Assembly (NCBI GenBank): GCA_965203355.1
Contig: OZ241889.1
Location: 1,120,001 to 1,184,000, forward strand
Reading direction: 5' to 3'
Length of the DNA stretch: 64,000 nucleotides
From: Candidatus Latescibacterota bacterium
GTDB taxonomy: Bacteria; Latescibacterota; UBA2968; UBA8231
Shown: positions 57,363-64,000 of the stretch, piece by piece
Numbering within the stretch: position 1 is the first letter of the stretch
Layout of the letters: the number at the start of each line of letters is the position of its first letter
The notes under the pieces: model-generated
Database searches by the model: none
The model's input: only the letters and a program-made list of their open reading frames with translations
What the model was told of the DNA's origin: nothing
Position numbers and translations under genes: made by a program

Positions 57363-58070
57363 TTAGTCAACTAACTCGACCACTTCCCTTAACTCCGACA
57401 CCACTCGTACGCCGTCTGCCAGCCAGCCAGCCGCGTCGAGCGACCGGCTAATCAACACCGGCCGCAGCCCCGCCGCCTTTGCTCCCGCTACGTCGTCTTG
57501 GGGTGAATCGCCGACGAAGAGCACTTCGTCCGCTTCCAACCCGGTCTGGGCCAAGGCCGGGGCAAAGATCGCCGGGTCGGGCTTGTTGACGCCGACATCG
57601 CCGGAGATGATCACGGCGTCGAAAAAGGGCCGCAACGCCAGATCGTCTAGCAACCGATGGACGTGCGGCGGATGATCGAAGTTGGAGATCAACGCCAGCT
57701 TGCAGCGGCCTTGTAACTCGCCGAGTACGCTTTTGGCCTTTGGGTCGAGCCGTGTATGGGCGTGCCACGCTGCGATGCTTGCCGCGCTGATCCGGCGCAA
57801 CTCCTCCAACGCCAACGCCAAACCCAACTCCCGGACTAACGCGCGGAGGCGACGCTCGTACACGGTCAGTCCGTCGTGCTGTGCCGGCGGCTCGGGTTGG
57901 CGCAGGAATTCCTCGCATAGCCGGATCAATGTTGCTTCGTCAAACGCATGGTTGCCAGCCAGCAACGCGCGGCGGATGGCGCGGTGCCAGCTTTCTCCTG
58001 CGGCCTCCATGTCGCCGTAGCACAGCAAGGTGCCGTATAGGTCGAAGAATACGCCTCGTATTTCAGTCAT
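57363..58070 (-). CDS. HAD family hydrolase
   Basis: FDLYGTL, ISN, KPDP and VGDS..DD motifs. Confidence 0.9.
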   Translation of the reverse strand: MTEIRGVFFDLYGTLLCYGDMEAAGESWHRAIRRALLAGNHAFDEATLIRLCEEFLRQPEPPAQHDGLTVYERRLRALVRELGLALALEELRRISAASIAAWHAHTRLDPKAKSVLGELQGRCKLALISNFDHPPHVHRLLDDLALRPFFDAVIISGDVGVNKPDPAIFAPALAQTGLEADEVLFVGDSPQDDVAGAKAAGLRPVLISRSLDAAGWLADGVRVVSELREVVELVD

Positions 58071-58098
58071 GTTAATTCGGCTTAGGCCCGCCGCTCAA

Positions 58099-58734
58099 TC
58101 ACAACCTTTTACCCACCCACAGGGCACCTCGGCGCACCACTTCTTGGAAGGAGGGATTTTCCAGCACCGCGTTGTCGTGGCCCAAGGCAAAGAAGAATAC
58201 CCGGCCCTGACCATAGGTATGGTGATAGGCCATGACGTGGGTTTCGTCGCGGCCGGGGTCGTAGGCGTGCATGAGGGGATGCGAGCGGCTGGGATCGCGT
58301 TTGAGATAGTGCAACTCGTCGGTCACGGCAAAGTCTTTGAGGCCCGCCGCAATGGGGTGGTCGGCGTCGGAGATGGCAACGGTAAAATCCATGTACGGGC
58401 TGTGGCCGTCAAAAAAGCCGTTGAGCATGTGGTGATAGCCGGCGTTGTCGCGGAAGGAGGCGTCTGCGGTGTGCAGGCCGAAGAAGCCGCCGCCGCGTTC
58501 GATAAAGTGCAAAAGCCCCTGTTCCTGCGCTTGGGTGAAGTGGCCGACATCCGTGAAGAAGAGGGTGGCGTCGTACGCGGCGAGGCCGTTGACCATCACT
58601 TCGTAGTCGCGCGCGAAATCGGCCTCGATCTGGTCATTTTGGTTGAGCAGGTCGGTCAGAAATCGGCCCTGGCCTGCGTGGTCGTGGTAGATGCCTTCGG
58701 TGCCGACGAATACCAAAAGTTTAAGGGGAGCCAT
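58099..58734 (-). CDS. ThuA domain protein
   Basis: GGGFFGLH, DELH and GRVFFFALGH motifs. Confidence 0.85.
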   Translation of the reverse strand: MAPLKLLVFVGTEGIYHDHAGQGRFLTDLLNQNDQIEADFARDYEVMVNGLAAYDATLFFTDVGHFTQAQEQGLLHFIERGGGFFGLHTADASFRDNAGYHHMLNGFFDGHSPYMDFTVAISDADHPIAAGLKDFAVTDELHYLKRDPSRSHPLMHAYDPGRDETHVMAYHHTYGQGRVFFFALGHDNAVLENPSFQEVVRRGALWVGKRL

Positions 58735-58857
58735 GGCGGGATTCTCCTGTTGTCATTGGGTTTGTTGGGCATGGCGGCAGCGTCCACTCCTGATGATCGC
58801 GCTCGGTCCGGGCCGAACTGCATCAAGATAAATAAGGAGCCTCGCACCGCAGTCAAG

Positions 58858-59661
58858 CTAGCTTCCCGTAGAGCGGTAGTGCCGCACGCCCACTTGCCAG
58901 ACGCGCAGACAGATCGCGAAAAAAAGCAAGCCTACGATGGGGGCCAGCCATTGGAATAACGCCCCTGAACCCAAAGGATCGGGACGCTCCAAAATCCCCA
59001 GTGCTGGGTAGTAGCTGACGCAGGCGAGGGGGATGACGTAGGTGAAAAAGCGGCGGAACCACTCGCGGTAGATAGCCAATGGATACTGGGCTGTCTCCAC
59101 GCCGCCGTAGGTTACGGCATTGACGATTTCCAAGGTCTCGATAGTCCAAAAAGCCAGCGTTGCCTGCAAGACCAGGAGGCCGTAAAACAGGCAAGCACCC
59201 CCGAGGATGGTGAGCGCGGCGAGGAGCAGTTTGTCAGGGGTCCAAGCGAGGTCCAGGGCATGTGAGGCCCATAGCAGGACGACCAAGCCTTGGGTGAGGC
59301 GGCCGATGCGTTTGAGGGTGAGTTCTTGTCCGGCCAGTTGCAAGGCTGTGCTGCGGGGGCGCAGCAGCAGGCGGTCGAAGTCGCCGCTTTTGACCGTGGC
59401 GGCGAATAAGTCAAAGCCGCGCGAGAAGGCGTCGCACAGGGCGAAGGCGATATTGATTAGGCCGTAAAAGAAGGCTACTTCGGGCAGACTCCACGTATCG
59501 AGCGCGGCAAAGCGGTCGAAGAGCACCCAGATGCCCAAGAATTCCAAGCCGGTCATCGCGCCGTGGCCCAAAGACAGCATGATGAAAGAGGCCCGGTACT
59601 GCATTTGGCTGCGGAAGGAAATGCCGATATAGCGGCCGTACAGGCGCAGTCCATCGAGCAC
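58858..59661 (-). CDS. ABC-2 family permease (DUF990-like)
   Basis: QMQYR, GDFDRLLLRP, YPLAIY and YRSTGS motifs. Confidence 0.85.
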   Translation of the reverse strand: MLDGLRLYGRYIGISFRSQMQYRASFIMLSLGHGAMTGLEFLGIWVLFDRFAALDTWSLPEVAFFYGLINIAFALCDAFSRGFDLFAATVKSGDFDRLLLRPRSTALQLAGQELTLKRIGRLTQGLVVLLWASHALDLAWTPDKLLLAALTILGGACLFYGLLVLQATLAFWTIETLEIVNAVTYGGVETAQYPLAIYREWFRRFFTYVIPLACVSYYPALGILERPDPLGSGALFQWLAPIVGLLFFAICLRVWQVGVRHYRSTGS

Positions 59662-59665
59662 AGCT

Positions 59666-60460
59666 TCAGCCTCCTTGGACGACCAAGCGGCGGGTGCCTT
59701 GGTAGAGCAGGAAGCGGCCTAGTCCCACCAGCGCTAGCGTCCACGCGAGTTGATGCCCCACCACCGACCAGACTTGCGCCGCGGGAATGTGCCCCATGTA
59801 CAGGCGAAAAGGGGTGTCGGCTAAGCCGCGGAAAGGCAGGAAGTTGAGTATGGGTTGGAGCGCGTCGGGAAACAGCGGCAAGGGGACCACCATGCCCGAA
59901 AACACGTAGATGCACACCGCCAGTATTTGCGTGGAACCCTCTCCGGCGATGGTCCACAGCAAGGAGATGTTGACCAAGTTGGCCAAGGCGCCCCCGAGCA
60001 GGATAGCGCCCACCGTGGCCAAGGCCCAAGCCGCCGCGGCCGCCGGAGACGCGGGCGCTTGTAGGCCGAAGAAGAGGAAGGCTAGGCAAAACAACGGCAC
60101 CGAGCGCAGCAGGGTGGGGGCGATGCGATTGGCGAGGGCGCGGCTGTACCAGAAGCCATACAAATCGACGGGCCGCACTAATTCGTAGGCTACGGTGCCC
60201 GTGCGCACCAGGGTGCGCACGTCGTTGTCGGGTTGCCAAGGCAAGAGGGCGAACAGGGCCTGACCAAGCCAGACATAGTTGACCACCTCGGCGTAGGTCA
60301 TGGGGTGCGCTTGGGTCGCCGTGCGGTAGAACGCTTCGAAGATCATCACCCGAATGAGTCCCCAAAATAGCTGGGTGCTCATGCCGGCTAGGGCTGCCGC
60401 TCGGTACTGCAGCAACATGCGGATGCGCGCGCTGAGGACGGACAGGTAGGGCCGCATCAA
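59666..60460 (-). CDS. ABC-2 family permease
   Basis: [14 protein letters not shown] and VVQGG motifs. Confidence 0.85.
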   Translation of the reverse strand: MMRPYLSVLSARIRMLLQYRAAALAGMSTQLFWGLIRVMIFEAFYRTATQAHPMTYAEVVNYVWLGQALFALLPWQPDNDVRTLVRTGTVAYELVRPVDLYGFWYSRALANRIAPTLLRSVPLFCLAFLFFGLQAPASPAAAAAWALATVGAILLGGALANLVNISLLWTIAGEGSTQILAVCIYVFSGMVVPLPLFPDALQPILNFLPFRGLADTPFRLYMGHIPAAQVWSVVGHQLAWTLALVGLGRFLLYQGTRRLVVQGG

Positions 60461-61437
60461 GGGCGATCTCGGTAGAGCTGGGCGATGACTTCCTCAATGG
60501 GCGGGTTTTCCACAAAAAGGTCGCGCACCTCGTGGCGAGTGGTGATGCGGCTGATGAGGGCCGGGGCTGAAATGCGTTCGGGCGCAAAACTGAGATGTAC
60601 GCGGTGGCCATCGCGCTGCACGACGCGCGCGGCTTCGTCTTCGATAATCGCCTCGGCATCGACTAAATCGACGATGAGGCGGCGCTCGGACGAGACGCGG
60701 GTGCGCAGGTCCGCGAGGCTGCCGTCGGAGAGGATGGAGCCGTCGCCGATGACCAGGACCCGGTTGCACAGGGCTTCGATATCGTCCATGTCGTGGGTGG
60801 TCAGGATGACGGTGGCGCCTTCTCGGCGATTGAGTTCTTTGATAAAATCGCGCATCGCCAGTTTGGAGACCGCGTCGAGACCAATGGTCGGCTCGTCCAA
60901 AAAGAGCAGGCCCGGGCCGTGGAGCAGGGCCGCCACCAGATCGCAGCGCATGCGCTGGCCCAAGCTGAGCTGGCGCACGGGCACGTCGAGAAAGGAAGAG
61001 AGTTCCAACATGGCGATGAGGGCGTCGCGGCGACGGCGATAGGCCGCGTGGGGGACTTTGTATATGTCGCGCAGCAGATCAAAGGATTCAATGGCCGGCA
61101 GGTCCCACCACAACTGGGTGCGCTGGCCGAAGACCACGCCAATGCGGCTGACGTGGCCAATGCGGTCCGCCCAAGGGACGCGGCCTTGGACCTCGCAGCG
61201 GCCCGAATCCGGGACGACGATGCCGGAGAGAATTTTGACCGTAGTGGATTTGCCCGCTCCGTTTGGCCCGATGTAGCCGACGAGTTCGCCGGCTTCCAGC
61301 GAGAAAGAGATGCCGTCCAACGCCCTGATTGTGCGGTGCGAGCGCTGCACAATGCCCCGGAAGGCGCCCCAAAGACCGGGCCGGCGCTCGGCAATGCGAT
61401 AGGTTTTGACGAGATTTTCAACGACGATTTGGGGCAT
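60457..61437 (-). CDS. ABC transporter ATP-binding protein
   Basis: [16 protein letters not shown] and LDEPT motifs. Confidence 0.92.
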   Translation of the reverse strand: MPQIVVENLVKTYRIAERRPGLWGAFRGIVQRSHRTIRALDGISFSLEAGELVGYIGPNGAGKSTTVKILSGIVVPDSGRCEVQGRVPWADRIGHVSRIGVVFGQRTQLWWDLPAIESFDLLRDIYKVPHAAYRRRRDALIAMLELSSFLDVPVRQLSLGQRMRCDLVAALLHGPGLLFLDEPTIGLDAVSKLAMRDFIKELNRREGATVILTTHDMDDIEALCNRVLVIGDGSILSDGSLADLRTRVSSERRLIVDLVDAEAIIEDEAARVVQRDGHRVHLSFAPERISAPALISRITTRHEVRDLFVENPPIEEVIAQLYRDRP

Positions 61438-61632
61438 AGACCCTAATAACGAATACTAGTTTAACGAGGGCCATTCCTAGGCGGGAGCCGGCGCGGATTT
61501 TTCTCAAACATAGGACCTTGCCAGCGCCCTTGGATACTCCCGATAATTAACCTATCGACAACACACCAACACCGGCAGAAGGCCAACGCCAGCCGCGGAG
61601 ACCACCTCTCTACACTCTCAGGAGACAAGACA

Positions 61633-64000
61633 ATGGCCAACAACAAGCATACTCATCGCGACCGCCAAGGACCACGGCAATACACCATCGCCCAGATCAC
61701 TGAGATGTTGCGTTCACAGGGAGCCGATCTCAACGCCAAAGACCAAAACGGCATGACTCCGTTGCACTGGGCATTGGCCAAGAATTACCCCTCCGAGATC
61801 GCTGAGAGGTTGCTTGCCCAGGGAGCCGATGCCAACGCCAAAGACCAAAACGGCATGACCCCGTTGCACCGGGCATTGGCCAAGAATTACCCCAAGATCG
61901 CTGAGAGGTTGCTTGCGCAGGGAGTCGAGGTCAACGCCAAAGACAACAATGGCATGACTCCGTTGCACCGGGCATTGGCCAAGAATTACCCCAAGATCGC
62001 TGAGGTCTTGCTTGCGCAGGGGGCCGAGGTCAACGCCAAAGACCACAATGGCAGAACCCCGTTGCACGAGGCCGCCGCCAAGAATTACGCCGAGATCGCT
62101 GAGGTCTTGCTTGCGCAGGGGGCCGAGGTCAACGCCAAAGACCACAATGGCAGAACCCCGTTGCACGAAGCGGCCAAGAATTACGACGACGCCAAGATCG
62201 CTGAGGTCTTGCTTGCGCAGGGGGCCGAGGTCAACGCTAAAGACCACAACGGCAGAACCCGGTTGCACGAGGCCGCCGCCAAGAATTACGCCAAGATCGC
62301 TGAGGTCTTGCTTGCGCAGGGAGTCGAGGTCAACGCTAAAGACAAAGACGGCAGAACCCCGTTGCACGAAGCGGCCAAGAATTACGCCTCCGAGATCGCT
62401 AAGATGTTGCTTGCGCAGGGAGCCGAGGTCAACGCCAAAGACCACAACGGCATGACCCCGTTGCACGAAGCCGCCAAAAATTACGACGCCTCCAAGATCG
62501 CTGAGGTCTTGCTTGCGCAGGGAGCCGATGCCAACGCCAAAGACAAAGGCGGCAGAACCCCGTTGCACTGGGCAGTGGCCGAGAATTACGCCAAGATCGC
62601 TGAGGTCTTGCTTGCGCAGGGAGCCGAGGTCAACGCTAAAGACAAAGGCGGCAGAACCCCGTTGCACGAAGCGGCCAAGAATTACGCCTCCGAGATCGCT
62701 AAGATGTTGCTTGCGCAGGGAGCCGAGGTCAACGCCAAAGACAAAGGCGGCAGAACTCCGTTGCACGAAGCGGCCAAGAATTACGCCTCCGAGATCGCTA
62801 AGATGTTGCTTGCGCAGGGAGCCGAGGTCAACGCCAAAGACGACAACGGCAGAACCCCGTTGCACGAAGCGGCCAAGAATTACGCCTCCGAGATCGCTGA
62901 GGTCTTGCTTGCGCAGGGAGCCGAGGTCAACGCCAAAGACAAAGGCGGCAGAACCCCGTTGCACGAAGCGGCCAAGAATGCCGCCAAGATCGCTGATATG
63001 TTGCTTGCGCAGGGAGCCGAGGTCAACGCCAAAGACAAAGGCGGCAGAACCCCGTTGCACGAAGCGGCCAAGAATGCCGCCAAGATCGCTGATATGTTGC
63101 TTGCGCAGGGAGCCGAGGTCAACGCCAAAGACAAAGGCGGTAGAACCCCGTTGCACGAAGCGGCCGAGAATTACGCCTCCGAGATCGCTGAGGTCTTGCT
63201 TGCGCAGGGAGCCGAGGTCAACGCTAAAGACGACAACGGCAGAACCCCGTTGCACGAGGCCGCCGCCGAGAATTACGCCTCCGAGATCGCTGAGGTCTTG
63301 CTTTCACGGGGAGCCGAGGTCAACGCTAAAGACAAAGATGGCAGAACCCCGTTGCACGAGGCCGCCGCCAAGGATTACGCCTCCGAGATCGCTAAGATGT
63401 TGCTTGTGCAGGGAGCCGATGCCAACGCTAAAGACGACAACGGCAGAACTCCGTTGCACGAAGCCGCGGATAGTACCGCCTCCGAGATCGCTAAGATGTT
63501 GCTTGTGCAGGGAGCCGAGGTCAATGCCAAAGACAAAGATGGCAAAACCCCGTTGCACGAAGCCGCCGCCAAGGATTACGACGCCGAGATCGCTGAGAGA
63601 TTGCTTGCGCAGGGAGCCGATGCCAACGCTAAAGACGACAACGGCAGAACTCCGTTGCACGAAGCGGCCAAGAATTACGATGAGATGTCTATTTTTTCCC
63701 TCCCAATCATCGTTGAGTTCCCATTCCTAATCCCAAATCGTCGCCTTCATGCCTCCGAGATCGTTGAGATGTTGCTTGCGCAGGGAGCCGAGGTCAATGC
63801 CAAAGACAAAGATGGCAAAACACCGTTGCACTACGCAGCACAAGCAAAGAAGGCCGCCTCCGAGATCGCTAAGGTCTTGCTTGCGCAGGGAGCCGAGGTC
63901 AATGCCAAAGACAAAGATGGCAGAACCCCGTTGCACGAGGCCGCCGCCAAGAATCACGCCATTCTCGCTGAGATGTTGCTTAAATATGGAGCCGACCCAA
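61633..64000 (+). CDS. Ankyrin repeat protein with at least 22 repeats, 3' end outside the window; missed by the ORF track
   Basis: aggag RBS and ATG at 61633. Frame is open to the window end with repeats of GAEVNAKDxxGRTPLHEAAKNYASEIAEVLLAQ. Confidence 0.92.
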   Translation, partial: MANNKHTHRDRQGPRQYTIAQITEMLRSQGADLNAKDQNGMTPLHWALAKNYPSEIAERLLAQGADANAKDQNGMTPLHRALAKNYPKIAERLLAQGVEVNAKDNNGMTPLHRALAKNYPKIAEVLLAQGAEVNAKDHNGRTPLHEAAAKNYAEIAEVLLAQGAEVNAKDHNGRTPLHEAAKNYDDAKIAEVLLAQGAEVNAKDHNGRTRLHEAAAKNYAKIAEVLLAQGVEVNAKDKDGRTPLHEAAKNYASEIAKMLLAQGAEVNAKDHNGMTPLHEAAKNYDASKIAEVLLAQGADANAKDKGGRTPLHWAVAENYAKIAEVLLAQGAEVNAKDKGGRTPLHEAAKNYASEIAKMLLAQGAEVNAKDKGGRTPLHEAAKNYASEIAKMLLAQGAEVNAKDDNGRTPLHEAAKNYASEIAEVLLAQGAEVNAKDKGGRTPLHEAAKNAAKIADMLLAQGAEVNAKDKGGRTPLHEAAKNAAKIADMLLAQGAEVNAKDKGGRTPLHEAAENYASEIAEVLLAQGAEVNAKDDNGRTPLHEAAAENYASEIAEVLLSRGAEVNAKDKDGRTPLHEAAAKDYASEIAKMLLVQGADANAKDDNGRTPLHEAADSTASEIAKMLLVQGAEVNAKDKDGKTPLHEAAAKDYDAEIAERLLAQGADANAKDDNGRTPLHEAAKNYDEMSIFSLPIIVEFPFLIPNRRLHASEIVEMLLAQGAEVNAKDKDGKTPLHYAAQAKKAASEIAKVLLAQGAEVNAKDKDGRTPLHEAAAKNHAILAEMLLKYGADP

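Noticed and set aside
61714-63730. Long ORFs 61714..63255 (-), 62012..62455 (+) and 62513..63730 (+)
   Set aside because: These are antisense and off-frame shadows of the ankyrin repeat gene.

Overview
GC-rich bacterial chromosomal segment, mostly metabolic and transport genes. It includes Gfo/Idh/MocA oxidoreductases, ThuA-like proteins, two PhyH-family dioxygenases, glcB, mgtE, surE, ABC transporters, a thiamine TonB receptor with thiamine pyrophosphokinase, tRNA-Glu(CTC) and a cold-shock gene. Large surface proteins with an FlgD/T9SS-type C-terminal domain, several PhyH genes and a 22-repeat ankyrin protein suggest an FCB-group-like (Latescibacterota-like) organism, possibly a marine host symbiont; this is inference only. 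The most notable structure is as follows. (1) A duplicated TPP-riboswitch leader whose first copy, upstream of a LacI pair, has lost exactly the two pyrophosphate-contacting guanines. (2) Two convergent, near-identical surface-protein genes, each followed by ~150-bp tandem units that repeat the last ~17 codons plus a terminator. (3) A type III R-M-like pair inserted inside an ABC operon between perfect 59-bp direct repeats. (4) Two PhyH proteins with halogenase-like HxG/HxS motifs. (5) A four-copy MITE family with TAA target duplications. (6) A probable ATC start codon, a GH26-like protein lacking both catalytic glutamates, and small ORF/sRNA candidates. No CRISPR array, rRNA, transposase, integrase or reverse transcriptase was seen.
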